DNA of 64,000 nucleotides from a virus (lineage: Duplodnaviria > Caudoviricetes): IMG/VR virus record IMGVR_UViG_3300033074_001364, positions 5,465 to 69,464 of that record, one strand, 5' to 3'. Numbering within the stretch: the first letter of the stretch is position 1; the number at the start of each line of letters is the position of its first letter. The notes beneath the pieces are model-generated. The model saw only the letters and a list, made by a program, of their open reading frames with translations, had not been told where the DNA came from and searched no databases. Below are positions 1-9,808 of this stretch, piece after piece. A program made the translations under genes and the position numbers.

Positions 1-979
1 CCCGCTCCTCCATCAAGGCAGCAAGGTCGCGCTGCGCGGTCATGAGCGCGGCGCGCGTGGCGTTGCGAGCGTCCTCGTCGGCGTAATCAAGTGCCACCTC
101 GGGCACAGGCTCAGGGACCGGCGCCTCGTGGTCGGTGGGCACAACCTGGATGCGATTGCGCGAGGACGAAATCAGGGCCTCTGCTGTCCGACGCTGGGAC
201 TGCAACTCAGCAAGACTGGCTTCCCATGCCGTATACCTGTCCCGCGTATGCATCAGGCCGTCCCATTGATCGTTGAGCACGCGGAGTTCGCCCTCAGCCA
301 AGACCAAATGCCCCTCAGCCTGTACCAATTCGGCCTCAGCATTCGTCAGCGCCTGATCGTGCTGGTACTCAGCCTCCTTCAGCGCCTCGACGTCAGGCAA
401 ACCTGCCCGCACAACCTCTAGCCGCTGACGCTTCTCATTGCGCTGCTTGCGAATCGCCTTGACGGCTGCATCTGCTTGGTCGATGCCGACGAACCGAAGC
501 ATGGCTGCCACGCGATCACGAGGATCCTTGGAGGCTAAAGCATCGAGCTCCTTCTGGCGTGCGAAGACGCTCAGAGTAAATCCGGCAGCATCGACACCAA
601 GCAACCTGGTAACTGCTTCCGTGACCGGCGCTGCGCCGATGGCGTGCTGCTCGGGCCGGTCATCGTCGGGACCGAGGCGATACATTTCTGAGTGCGTACG
701 CCCGTCCCGTTTGAGTGCGCGACGCACGCGCCAGGTGGCACCGCTATGCGTGAACCAAACCTCGGCAGCACACTCCTTCGCGTGGTCGTTGATGAGGTCG
801 GCGGCGAGGACGTTATCTGGCATCGCGCGTGGCCCGTACAGCGCGAAGGCGATGGCGAGTAGCCGCGACGTCTTGCCTACTTCATTCGCGCCCACCAGAA
901 CGCTGACGCCCTCGGGGAACTCGTGCGTGACCGTGCCGCGCACCGCCCTGAAGTCACTGACGATCAGCTGCTGGATCAC
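1..979 (-). CDS. sbcC: SbcC/Rad50-like SMC ATPase (5' part; runs off window edge)
   Basis: Manual translation from GTG at 979 (overlaps TGA of upstream gene): MIQQLIVSDFRAVRG...GANEVGKT (Walker A)...FARQKELD, then coiled coil. Absent from the ORF track, presumably because it has no stop in the window. Confidence 0.8.
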   Translation of the reverse strand, partial: MIQQLIVSDFRAVRGTVTHEFPEGVSVLVGANEVGKTSRLLAIAFALYGPRAMPDNVLAADLINDHAKECAAEVWFTHSGATWRVRRALKRDGRTHSEMYRLGPDDDRPEQHAIGAAPVTEAVTRLLGVDAAGFTLSVFARQKELDALASKDPRDRVAAMLRFVGIDQADAAVKAIRKQRNEKRQRLEVVRAGLPDVEALKEAEYQHDQALTNAEAELVQAEGHLVLAEGELRVLNDQWDGLMHTRDRYTAWEASLAELQSQRRTAEALISSSRNRIQVVPTDHEAPVPEPVPEVALDYADEDARNATRAALMTAQRDLAALMEER

Positions 980-1386
980 GCTGCCGCCTCGACGCGAGCG
1001 AGTCGTATCGTCTGCGTCGGCACGCCGCTGCGCGCCGCGCGCCGCAGCGTGTCGCGCGTCCCGTTCGACTTGCCATCACCGATGATCGCCACGACCAAAT
1101 CGGCAGCGTCTACGATCTGCTGGTTGCGCTCCGACGCGGCGATCGCGAACGCCTGACGTCCCTGAGCCTTCGGCCAAGGACGAAACACCTGCGTTGGGAT
1201 ACCGCGTGCCTCGGCGATCTCCGCAGCGGCGCGATCGACGCCTCGGGCTCCGCCGGAGATGACCTTTCTGGGACGATAGGTGAGTAGTACGTCACGGATG
1301 GTGGCATTGAGGCGAGGATGTCCTTCCAACATGCGGGAACCGACGATTGCGAGGGCGGGTGCGTTGGGCGGGGGAGGCTCGAACAT
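976..1386 (-). CDS. SLOG family protein (YspA/DUF2493-like)
   Basis: AIVGSR...VISGGARGVD...RNQQIVDAAD...SNGT motifs; start placed at the ATG 7 nt below a TAGAAT -10 box. Confidence 0.75.
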   Translation of the reverse strand: MFEPPPPNAPALAIVGSRMLEGHPRLNATIRDVLLTYRPRKVISGGARGVDRAAAEIAEARGIPTQVFRPWPKAQGRQAFAIAASERNQQIVDAADLVVAIIGDGKSNGTRDTLRRAARSGVPTQTIRLARVEAAA

Positions 1387-1393
1387 CGGGTCC

Positions 1394-1423
1394 ATTCTAC
1401 CGCAGTAGACGTACAGTAGTCAC
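1394..1423 (-). promoter_or_regulatory. Phage promoter motif GTGACT-N18-TAGAAT
   Basis: GTGACTACT at the -35 position, 18-nt spacer, TAGAAT. Confidence 0.75.
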
Positions 1424-1524
1424 GATGCTCAGATTCTCAGGCAGGGACGAGTTCGACAGGTTGTGGCGAGAGGGGAGTTATTCTGAACCGTTGTCGTGGA
1501 GCAACGCGCTAGAATGACGCCACG

Positions 1525-2865
1525 ATGCGCGTGGCGTTCTACGGCAGGCTATCAGATGACAAGGACGGCTCATCGACTGGCATCGACCGCCAGCGATATG
1601 AGGCCAATGCCCTATGCGAAGCAAAGGGCTGGCGCATCGTGGTCGAGTACGTCGACTCCGACCTGTCTGCCTTTCAGCGTCACGTTAAGCGTCCACAGTT
1701 CGAACAGATGTTGCTGGACGCAGGCAACGGCGACTTCGACCTCATCCTCACCTGGAAGCTGGACCGGCTGGTTCGACGCATCGCTGAGTTCGGACGAATC
1801 TGGTCGATCCTCGATGACGCCAAAGTTGGTCTAGCCTCAGTCAAAGACTCCTTCGATACCTCGACCACCGTGGGGCTCATCATCGTCAACGTGCTGGTGG
1901 GCATCGCGCAGATGGAGTCAGAGAACATCAGCATTCGCGAAAAGGCGAAGCACGCCGAGTTGATTCGTCAGGGTCGAGCCTTCGAGGGTGGGAAGCGAGG
2001 GTTCGGCCACACAATGGGCAGGCGTGATGTGGTGCCGGAGGAGGCCCAGCTGATTCGCGAGGCCGCCGAAGCAATTGTTGGTGGCGTGACCCTGCATAGC
2101 ATCGAGCGCGACTGGCAGAAGCGCGGCGTCGTATCGCCAGCAGGCAAGCCTTGGCGACGAGGGCACCTGCGCCGCATGTTCCTATCACCGAGGCTCATCG
2201 GGCGCCGGACCGAGGATGGACCCCAAGGCGAAACCGCACCGATCCTCGACGAGGACGTTTGGCGTGCGGTCAGCGGGATCCTCACTGCGCCAGGACGATT
2301 CCGAAGTGGCTACGCGGGCAGACGATGGCTGCTCAGCGGATTCCTGTTGTGTGGCAAGTGCAATACCAAGCTGAGGAGCAAGTACCGCGAACAACGCAAG
2401 GACGGTCGGTATGGGCGTCGTTACGCCTGCGATGCGTGCTACAGCGTGCTGATTACGGCAGAGCCGATGGAGGATGCGCTGGTGGATACCATCCTCAACT
2501 TGCTCGACCACAGCGACATCCCGCAGATCGTTCCAGCCGACAACTCCATGGCATCCCTTCGGGCCGACGAGGCGGCGCTGATCGAGCTCACCCGTTCACG
2601 CTATGTGGATCGCATCATCACCGACGCCGAGTTCCTGCCCGCCAGACAAGCACTCACCGAGCGCATCGCATCAGCGCAACGAAAGATGGCACCGACTCCT
2701 GCGGTGATGATGAAAGGGAAGGCGCACGCAGTCTGGGAGAGTGCCGACCTGGATCAACGACGTTCGATCGTGTCAGCGGTCATTGACCACATCGTGGTCC
2801 TGCCCGCTAAGCGGCGGGGCGTTCCCTTTGACCCTGAACGGTTGCAGATTCACTGGCGTGCTTGA
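1525..2865 (+). CDS. Large serine recombinase (integrase)
   Basis: YGRLS catalytic Ser, WKLDRLVR, recombinase domain, CGKC...YACDAC zinc ribbon, coiled coil. Confidence 0.95.
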   Translation: MRVAFYGRLSDDKDGSSTGIDRQRYEANALCEAKGWRIVVEYVDSDLSAFQRHVKRPQFEQMLLDAGNGDFDLILTWKLDRLVRRIAEFGRIWSILDDAKVGLASVKDSFDTSTTVGLIIVNVLVGIAQMESENISIREKAKHAELIRQGRAFEGGKRGFGHTMGRRDVVPEEAQLIREAAEAIVGGVTLHSIERDWQKRGVVSPAGKPWRRGHLRRMFLSPRLIGRRTEDGPQGETAPILDEDVWRAVSGILTAPGRFRSGYAGRRWLLSGFLLCGKCNTKLRSKYREQRKDGRYGRRYACDACYSVLITAEPMEDALVDTILNLLDHSDIPQIVPADNSMASLRADEAALIELTRSRYVDRIITDAEFLPARQALTERIASAQRKMAPTPAVMMKGKAHAVWESADLDQRRSIVSAVIDHIVVLPAKRRGVPFDPERLQIHWRA

Positions 2866-2960
2866 GCAAGACCGCGAGACGCTGCAAGGCGTTGATAGCA
2901 GAAATGCTATCAGGCGGTAGCCCCTGAGCCACGCGCGAGGCAGCGAACACCTGACGAGTG

Positions 2961-3515
2961 TTAGGGGTCATATGCGAACTCGTACAGAGGTCGAGGCCGA
3001 CGACGGAAGTTGCGGTTCCGGTAGGTGGCGATGCGCTTGTAGTAGGCGCGCTGCTCCTTGCCAACATGCACGGTGAGCCAGTCCAGACCCTCGCGCAGAC
3101 GAAGGGCATTGAGGAACAACCTGCCAGTGCGTCCATTGCCGTCAACGAAGGGATGGATGCACTCGAAACGGTCATGCATGAGCCACGCCCACCGATGGGC
3201 AGGACGCTCGCCCGGTCCTTCCTCGACCAGCGCGAACAGCCTCTCCATCTCGCGCTGTAGCAGGACGGGTGCGACAGCCTCCTCACCACCGATCCAGACG
3301 GGGATGTCCCTGTAGGCACCCACGTACTTGGGTTCGAGGAGGCCCTTCATCAGAATAGAGTGAATCTGGTCTGGCCTCCACAGCCCACCATCCCTGACCT
3401 CTGTGGCAGCCCACAGGTGCTGGTCATAGATGGGGTGGCCCACGTCGTATCCATCGGCAGGGAAGTAGCCTTCGATGCCGTTGGATTCGATGACGTAGGC
3501 GGAGAGGTCAGTCAT
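2961..3515 (-). CDS. Fic family protein
   Basis: Canonical HPFVDGNGRTGR motif. Confidence 0.9.
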   Translation of the reverse strand: MTDLSAYVIESNGIEGYFPADGYDVGHPIYDQHLWAATEVRDGGLWRPDQIHSILMKGLLEPKYVGAYRDIPVWIGGEEAVAPVLLQREMERLFALVEEGPGERPAHRWAWLMHDRFECIHPFVDGNGRTGRLFLNALRLREGLDWLTVHVGKEQRAYYKRIATYRNRNFRRRPRPLYEFAYDP

Positions 3516-3846
3516 TCATCAACTCAATCAGGTGCTTCGCCATCGACTGACACAGGCACGCGTACTCGTCGGTCAACGCGACTTCGTTGTACTCAACCTC
3601 CACGAAGACGTTCTCACCACTGAGGCCATCGGGTGCATAGCGTGGCTCGACATACCCACAGGCTGGACCCCAAGGGCCGCCAACCTTCTTAGCTGCGTGG
3701 ATGGCGCGCCCGAGCCTGTTCACGTCACCACCGCGGTATTCGAGAACAACATCCTCTAGGCAACAGGGCTGCGTCCCCTCGCCGGAGTGCCAATGCACTC
3801 GGCCATGCAGGCGCTTACGCACAGAGTTAGAACGGAAGGTCATCAA
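3508..3846 (-). CDS. Hypothetical protein
   Basis: 112-aa ORF overlapping both neighbours. Confidence 0.55.
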   Translation of the reverse strand: MMTFRSNSVRKRLHGRVHWHSGEGTQPCCLEDVVLEYRGGDVNRLGRAIHAAKKVGGPWGPACGYVEPRYAPDGLSGENVFVEVEYNEVALTDEYACLCQSMAKHLIELMND

Positions 3847-4246
3847 TGTCTAGATCGTCGGCTGCCTCTCGCACGGCGGCAGGAGCGCTGGTTTCCGCGT
3901 CATCACGCGCGCGACGCTCCAGCAGGACGAACTTGTTGACCCGCCGCATGTCCACCGAGACTCCTTGCGTGCCATCCTGGCGGTCGAAGCTGCGAAGACG
4001 AATCGGTCCTTCGATGTAGACGAGATCACCCTTGCGGGCCTTCTCTGCGACACGCTCAGCCTGATCCTCCCAGAGGGAAGCACTGACCCAGAGCGTGTTG
4101 TCCTGCCACTCCTGCGTCTGCTTGTTGAAGACCGGATCATTGGCTGGCACGCTCAGCCTGACGACTGCTTTGCCTTCGGGTGTGAACCGCAACGCTGGAT
4201 CCTGTCCGAGGTTGCCGATTGCGGTGAACTTGTTCAACGATGCCAA
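3827..4246 (-). CDS. ssb: Single-stranded DNA-binding protein
   Basis: GNLGQDPALRFTPEGKAV OB-fold, acidic DDLPF tail; TTG start after AAGGAAGG. Confidence 0.92.
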   Translation of the reverse strand: MASLNKFTAIGNLGQDPALRFTPEGKAVVRLSVPANDPVFNKQTQEWQDNTLWVSASLWEDQAERVAEKARKGDLVYIEGPIRLRSFDRQDGTQGVSVDMRRVNKFVLLERRARDDAETSAPAAVREAADDLDIDDLPF

Positions 4247-4278
4247 AGTGTTTCCTTCCTTACTGCCAATACGTATCG

Positions 4279-5358
4279 TTACGCCGCGACGCCCGCGACC
4301 GATAGCGCGTCGATCCCGATGCGCTCCACGTCGCCGCGCTCGACGCGGGACGGGAGCGATGCGCTCGCAACGTGGCGCTTCCACGAATCGGCGAGCGAGA
4401 ACGATTCGATTGCGATGGGCTCGTCGGTCGTGTCTTCGCTGACGCGACGAATCGACAAGTCGAGCGCTGGCGCAGCGATGCGGCGCAGCTCGTTGAGGTC
4501 GAGAGCGGCGTACTCCTCGGGAGTGCCGTGGATGGTGAGGCGCACGATGGGTTGGTCGGTGCGATGCGCGATCTCGTCGCGTACGTAGTCGATCGCGTGC
4601 GACGCTTGCGCTTCGAGGTCGATCCAGTCGCGAACGGGGTGGTCGATGAAGGTGAGGCCGCCGTTATCCGTGTCATACACGGCCACACCCGTCGGATTGG
4701 CCCACTCGCCCCAGGCTTTGCGTTCGGTGGCACCGATGTAGACGGGGCCATCCCATCCAGTACTGGCGAGCGGCACGCTGCCGGGGATCAGGCGCACGTT
4801 GATCGAGCGCTGATGAAAATGGCCTAGCAGAGTCGTAACATCAGGTAGTTCGCTGCGCCTAATGTCATGCCCATCTGGAAGCACATCGTCAGTGGCCCAG
4901 TGTCCACCGATCCACTGTGGGTTGTACTCGTCTACCAACGCCAACCCAGCCTTGATCTCGTCGCTGTTGCCATAGGGGACCAAGAGGGCACCGAGTTCGT
5001 CTACATAAGTAGGCTTCAGGTAACCCTGAAACCGAGGACAATAGGCTTCGAGCAGTGTGTAGAGCGGAATGTCCCCTGACACTCTGACGAGCGTATGGTT
5101 CCCGCCCACTGCGTAGTAGGGAAGGCCAGCAGCATTGATGGTCTGGATTAGACAGTGAAGGGCACGCTTCTTGGGATGCGGAACGTCAGCGTCGTCGCCA
5201 AGCGACACGATCGCGTCCACGTCGGCGTTCAGCAGGTTCTCGACAGCAGTGATGTACGCCTGATACAGATCGGCCTCGCGGGTGTTGGTGCCGCTCGCGT
5301 TGACCTTGCTGTACCGACTGAATCCGAGATGAGGGTCTGAAAGAATCCCGACCCTCAT
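4279..5358 (-). CDS. sbcD: SbcD/Mre11-like metallophosphoesterase nuclease
   Basis: SDPHLG, LGD, GNH, GHFH motifs. Confidence 0.85.
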   Translation of the reverse strand: MRVGILSDPHLGFSRYSKVNASGTNTREADLYQAYITAVENLLNADVDAIVSLGDDADVPHPKKRALHCLIQTINAAGLPYYAVGGNHTLVRVSGDIPLYTLLEAYCPRFQGYLKPTYVDELGALLVPYGNSDEIKAGLALVDEYNPQWIGGHWATDDVLPDGHDIRRSELPDVTTLLGHFHQRSINVRLIPGSVPLASTGWDGPVYIGATERKAWGEWANPTGVAVYDTDNGGLTFIDHPVRDWIDLEAQASHAIDYVRDEIAHRTDQPIVRLTIHGTPEEYAALDLNELRRIAAPALDLSIRRVSEDTTDEPIAIESFSLADSWKRHVASASLPSRVERGDVERIGIDALSVAGVAA

Positions 5359-5918
5359 GAGATAGCTCCGTAAATCAGGCCATAGCCAGTAGCAGCACGA
5401 TGAACCGTTGTCGTGCTGACACCATATCTATCCGCAAGGCTGTCTAGCGTCTCGCCGTGGGCACGACGAACACGAATGTCGACCACTTGCTCATCACTAA
5501 GGCGAGCGTGACCTCTCGCACTACGTTCCACCGTGTCCTGAACCGTCTTGGTCCCATGACGACTACCGCGCGGGCGGCGCTCTGGGTGAAGCCATGCACC
5601 ATGCCGACCCTGTGAATCACGATCGCGCATGTTCTGAACTTGATCGCCCTGATAAAGATGGTCGGGACGTACACACAACCCAATATCGCAACGATGGAGA
5701 ATCAGCTGCTCAATAGAGCCATGAGTAAGGAACCATGCAAAGCGATGCGCTTGCCAACACTTTCCCTGCTGCCAGACACTTCCGTATCTTCCCCCGCTAC
5801 CAGCCGCGCCGGTCCATAGCCAACAATTTCCCAACTCAGGCTTATGCGCTGGAGGTGGTCCGTTCTTGTCTACGCGATCCCAGAACGGAATCGGACGCCG
5901 ACCATCGCGCTTGCTCAT
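5355..5918 (-). CDS. HNH endonuclease
   Basis: CWLWTG...AHRFAW...ILHRCDIGLCVRPDHL...N. Confidence 0.9.
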   Translation of the reverse strand: MSKRDGRRPIPFWDRVDKNGPPPAHKPELGNCWLWTGAAGSGGRYGSVWQQGKCWQAHRFAWFLTHGSIEQLILHRCDIGLCVRPDHLYQGDQVQNMRDRDSQGRHGAWLHPERRPRGSRHGTKTVQDTVERSARGHARLSDEQVVDIRVRRAHGETLDSLADRYGVSTTTVHRAATGYGLIYGAIS

Positions 5919-6319
5919 GCAGGCCCCCATCCCCACTGGCAGGGTTCGCAGGGATAGTCAGGGTCGATAGGCATGTCGTGCTTCGGGCACCACGTCCCGC
6001 GCCACAACCGCCAGCGACGCTCTGCCGCATCGAGGCCGGTGAGAACGCGACCACCGATACGTGTGCTGTAGAACCATTCCGAAAAGCGCCAACGGAGCGG
6101 CAGCACTTCCTCCATATCGTACGGGCACGCATAGCCAGGTTCGCCGGGCTCGTCGTATGACCGACCGAGGTCATGCATGTACTCGGGGTAGTGCCACCCG
6201 AAGTAGCAGCGGGGATGATCACGAAACTCGCGCCACACATACTGCAACTCGCTGCCCTCGTAGGGATAGCGGCGCAGCAGGATGTTCTTGGCATCGTCTA
6301 GGTAGTCGCGCAGGTACAT
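5915..6319 (-). CDS. Hypothetical protein
   Basis: Translationally coupled ORF. Confidence 0.6.
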   Translation of the reverse strand: MYLRDYLDDAKNILLRRYPYEGSELQYVWREFRDHPRCYFGWHYPEYMHDLGRSYDEPGEPGYACPYDMEEVLPLRWRFSEWFYSTRIGGRVLTGLDAAERRWRLWRGTWCPKHDMPIDPDYPCEPCQWGWGPA

Positions 6320-6597
6320 CACAGGTGGCGCAATTCCGGTCCCAGATGCCCGCCGCATACCAGGCACACCTTCTTGCCGAAGGCGGACTCACGGACCTGC
6401 TGCGCCAATGCAACGCGACGAGCATCTTCATCAAGACTGAATCCGGGCACCGCGTCGATCTTGCGACGCGCCTCCTCTATCTGGGCAGTGATCTCTGCGA
6501 CACGCTGTTCACGCCAATCAGGCTGGGTCGCGATAACCGAATGCTGCTCTGGGTAGCCGACGACGCTGAGGTTGGAGCCCGTGGGGATGGTGGTCAT
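6319..6597 (-). CDS. Hypothetical protein
   Basis: Coupled ORF, C-terminal CxxC. Confidence 0.6.
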   Translation of the reverse strand: MTTIPTGSNLSVVGYPEQHSVIATQPDWREQRVAEITAQIEEARRKIDAVPGFSLDEDARRVALAQQVRESAFGKKVCLVCGGHLGPELRHL

Positions 6598-7274
6598 GAC
6601 ACCAACGCTTTCATGCTGACTGGGAATCGCTCTAGTGCCAGTTGATCCACTGCTCGCGCGTATTCCTGAATCTCGTACTGCGCATCCTCGGCGAGTCGCT
6701 GATTCAGGAAGTGGGCAACGGTCTGCAACGATGCTGTCCAGCGCCAGCGCACATACATGGCATAGGCGGGAAGGAACAGGCGGGCTTGCTCGGGCGCGAA
6801 GCCTTGCGCCAAAGCCTCCTCGTATAGGTAGAGCGCATCATTGACCGCGAGGCGGAGTTGTCCCGTGAAGAAGTCCCCGTACTGGGCGCTCACGGCATCA
6901 CCGCTGCCTTGCTTCCTGTTCTCAGGAGCCTTGCGCCACTCGGTGGGGATATAGAACTCAGGCTTCTCAGTCACATAACGACGAGAGGACTCATTCCACG
7001 AATCCATAGTGTGATCGCTGCCGACGGCGTACTTCCACCACTGGCGGGCCACCATCAGGGGTGCGTAGACCTCGAAGGTGAGCGTGGCGTGACGGAAGGG
7101 GCTGGTGTGCCCATGCTTGGCGAGATAGCGGATGAGCTTGGCATCGGCCTCGTTGAGCTCACCGGACTCGCGGTCGAACGACACTCGCGCTGCGTTGACC
7201 ACGGACAGGTCAGAACCCATCGCGTCAACGAGGCGAACGTAGCCATGGTCAAGGCAGTCGATCCGATCCATCAC
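6594..7274 (-). CDS. thyX: FAD-dependent thymidylate synthase
   Basis: HTSPFRH, VARQWW, SWNESSRRY, EQARLFLP, AQYEI motifs. Confidence 0.93.
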   Translation of the reverse strand: MMDRIDCLDHGYVRLVDAMGSDLSVVNAARVSFDRESGELNEADAKLIRYLAKHGHTSPFRHATLTFEVYAPLMVARQWWKYAVGSDHTMDSWNESSRRYVTEKPEFYIPTEWRKAPENRKQGSGDAVSAQYGDFFTGQLRLAVNDALYLYEEALAQGFAPEQARLFLPAYAMYVRWRWTASLQTVAHFLNQRLAEDAQYEIQEYARAVDQLALERFPVSMKALVS

Positions 7275-7282
7275 TATGCGTG

Positions 7283-7312
7283 AGTGTACTACGCGTCTAG
7301 GCTAGTAGTCAC
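7283..7312 (-). promoter_or_regulatory. Phage promoter motif GTGACT-N18-TACACT
   Basis: Motif match 8 nt upstream of the thyX start. Confidence 0.75.
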
Positions 7313-7400
7313 GACCGGCGTCCGAAGCAATCACAGCAGATGCCTTCATGCTCAGGGATATGCTCGATGCGAGAAACATCGCAAGCGCAGTGCTCGCAAG

Positions 7401-8609
7401 TCACAGGATCGACAACTCCGCCCAGCCACGCTCGTTGTCTGGCGTGACGAGGAAACTCAGGGTGCCAGGGATCGTCGGGGTGCCCTTGCGCTCCTCAAAC
7501 CACTGGCTACGCCAGTCGCAGGATGGACATTGCCACCATGCGCGAGGACCATTCTGTTTGGCTGCGAAGTGGTGCCGGTGGGCAGTCACAAGGAAGTCAG
7601 CGTCACCGATCGCTCGACGGCCATGCTGCTGGCCCTTCCACCAGTCCTCGGCAGCCTTCTCCGCCGTCACGCCTGACATCTGGTGTCCATGCGCGAGGCC
7701 AACGATGCGTCCCGCTGATTCCAGCGTCAGGGTCAATTCAGTACGCGGGATGACGAACTTGACGTGACCGTAGGCATCAGGGTTCTCAGCGAGGATGTCC
7801 TGCACATGCTCGAACACCTCCGTGTCCATGTTGTCGCCGAAGTCGGTCACGGCGGCGCCATCAGAGCGCTCCTCACCATGGTTGCCAGGAACGGCGGGGA
7901 CGACGATGTGCTCGGCCAACGGGGCAGCAGCCTGAATGATCTTCAGGATGAGCCGACGGGCCACCTTGCGTTGCTCGCGATGGTTGAGCTCGGTGGTGTA
8001 CTGCTGCATCGGGTACGAGCCATAACAGCGCTCAGCGATATCCCCCATACCAGGCAGATAGATGGTGCCGATGGAGTAGCCGATCTTGCGGAGGTCGCCA
8101 ACGCGATGGCGAATCTGGTCTGGCAATTGCAGCAGCCGCGGAACCGTGTACTCAGCAGTGCCCTCCTTGCCAAGTTGCCAGTCAGAAAGGAACGCCCACC
8201 AGTCGTTGGTTCCCGATGGCGCAGCCTTCTTTGCGGGTCGATGCTTGCGAATCGCATCAACTAGCTGATCAATATCGGTCCCATCACCCAGATTGATCCG
8301 CGTGTGGACCTTGATCTTCCAGTAGAACATGCGGCGAACGTCGCCCATGCCCACGGCAGCATCCCACGCACGAAACTCGACGGGTTCCTCGACCGAATAC
8401 TTCTCGGGATCCAGCCCGAAGACGGCGAGCACGTCATCCCAGTGAGGCTCAACTGGCGTCTCCGTCGCCACGGTGACGGTGCCGTCGCGTCCAATCATGT
8501 GGGCGCCTGGCTCAAAGCCCTTCGGATGCTGTGGCGCAGCGCGACGCGCTGGCGTTGGCTCAGTCGTGTTGAGGACGCTCTGTAATGCTTCCCCGAGATT
8601 CCCCGCCAC
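7401..8609 (-). CDS. Calcineurin-like metallophosphoesterase
   Basis: SDWQLG, GDIAE, GNHGE, AHGH, AHRHH motifs. Confidence 0.85.
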   Translation of the reverse strand: MAGNLGEALQSVLNTTEPTPARRAAPQHPKGFEPGAHMIGRDGTVTVATETPVEPHWDDVLAVFGLDPEKYSVEEPVEFRAWDAAVGMGDVRRMFYWKIKVHTRINLGDGTDIDQLVDAIRKHRPAKKAAPSGTNDWWAFLSDWQLGKEGTAEYTVPRLLQLPDQIRHRVGDLRKIGYSIGTIYLPGMGDIAERCYGSYPMQQYTTELNHREQRKVARRLILKIIQAAAPLAEHIVVPAVPGNHGEERSDGAAVTDFGDNMDTEVFEHVQDILAENPDAYGHVKFVIPRTELTLTLESAGRIVGLAHGHQMSGVTAEKAAEDWWKGQQHGRRAIGDADFLVTAHRHHFAAKQNGPRAWWQCPSCDWRSQWFEERKGTPTIPGTLSFLVTPDNERGWAELSIL

Positions 8610-8875
8610 TATGCAGCCACCTTCCGGTAGCAGCGGCACTGCCGACTGCGATGCTCATTGATGGTGGTGGGAGAGACTTCTCTCTTGTACTGGGCGAGTG
8701 CAGTCGAGAGGCTGCGCCCGCTAAACAAGTAGCGGTCATTCACCTTCGCGCTGAGGGCGTGCGAGAGATCGTCGGCATCCTCGGGTTCAAGGTCTTCAAG
8801 AATCGCCTGCAACTTGCAGCGTCCTTGTGGCTCAGCTGGTGGAACGGCGTAGATGGTGTCGAGCAGTCTGCCCAT
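8609..8875 (-). CDS. Small phage protein (possible DNA-binding/Zn)
   Basis: 88 aa, ends HRSRQCRC, coupled to the phosphoesterase. Confidence 0.6.
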   Translation of the reverse strand: MGRLLDTIYAVPPAEPQGRCKLQAILEDLEPEDADDLSHALSAKVNDRYLFSGRSLSTALAQYKREVSPTTINEHRSRQCRCYRKVAA

Positions 8876-9099
8876 CAGCGTGGCCCTGTCCCATCGACAA
8901 TTGCCTTCGCCAGGTTGAATGACTCGATGACCTTCTGCTTCTGCATCAAGACGTACACGATCATCTGGAACAACTCATCCTCCGAGATGACGACGGGCTC
9001 AAAGCCGCTGGCGCGTCGCAACTTGAATCCCCACTGATCGGCATCAGGCCCAGCGTCTTGCACGACAGAACCATCGAGGGGTTCCCAGACGTAGGTCAC
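8875..9099 (-). CDS. Hypothetical protein
   Basis: GTGA-coupled ORF. Confidence 0.55.
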   Translation of the reverse strand: MTYVWEPLDGSVVQDAGPDADQWGFKLRRASGFEPVVISEDELFQMIVYVLMQKQKVIESFNLAKAIVDGTGPR

Positions 9100-9554
9100 T
9101 GGGCGTCCCCATGCTGCTTCCGTACACTTGACGCCCACATGCGTCTGTCTGCGAGACGGCGCGTTAGTGCGTCGAGCTCGTTGCGAACGAAGCGAAACCC
9201 TGCGAGCGCACCCTCGTACTCTGCATTGCGCTCGTCCACAGTGATCGGCTTGCCGTTGTCGCCCATGCGCGGCTTCGGGTAGCGCTCGCTTTTGGCGCGC
9301 TGAAGGTAGAACTCTGCCTTGACTGCAAGCGATGCCACACGAGGCAACCACCCATCAATCATCTGGGTCACTTCGCGATCCAGCTCGACCGGATCGTCAG
9401 GCAACGGACGGAAGGCAGCCTCATAGACGGGCTGCAACTCGTGGTTGACCTGGTAGGCCCACGTCACCCACTCCTTCTCTAGAGGATCGTCGGGGTTTTC
9501 GAGCAGGTTCGGCCACTCGTACAGATCGTTGCTCACGAGAACTCGAACGCCCAC
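9096..9554 (-). CDS. Helical protein, possibly UvsY-like recombination mediator
   Basis: Helical composition and recombination-module context only. Confidence 0.4.
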   Translation of the reverse strand: MGVRVLVSNDLYEWPNLLENPDDPLEKEWVTWAYQVNHELQPVYEAAFRPLPDDPVELDREVTQMIDGWLPRVASLAVKAEFYLQRAKSERYPKPRMGDNGKPITVDERNAEYEGALAGFRFVRNELDALTRRLADRRMWASSVRKQHGDAQ

Positions 9555-9808
9555 ACATCCTGATCAACGGCGCTGTCGCAGGAGCCGAAACAGTCCTCGT
9601 CACATCCGCAACAGGACACCACCGTCGCGGTGACTTCATCGAGGGTGAGCATCTGGTCGGCATCAGTGATGTCGCTGAGGATGCTGTCGCGCCAGAAATT
9701 GTAGGCGGATTCCTTGGATGGGCAGTCCACACGCGAGATGTAGACCGCGCCATCCTCGTTGATCCAGTAGCGCGGCGTCACTGGCGCCAGGAGGTCGGCG
9801 AGTCTCAT
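9533..9808 (-). CDS. Hypothetical protein
   Basis: Coupled ORF. Confidence 0.55.
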   Translation of the reverse strand: MRLADLLAPVTPRYWINEDGAVYISRVDCPSKESAYNFWRDSILSDITDADQMLTLDEVTATVVSCCGCDEDCFGSCDSAVDQDVWAFEFS

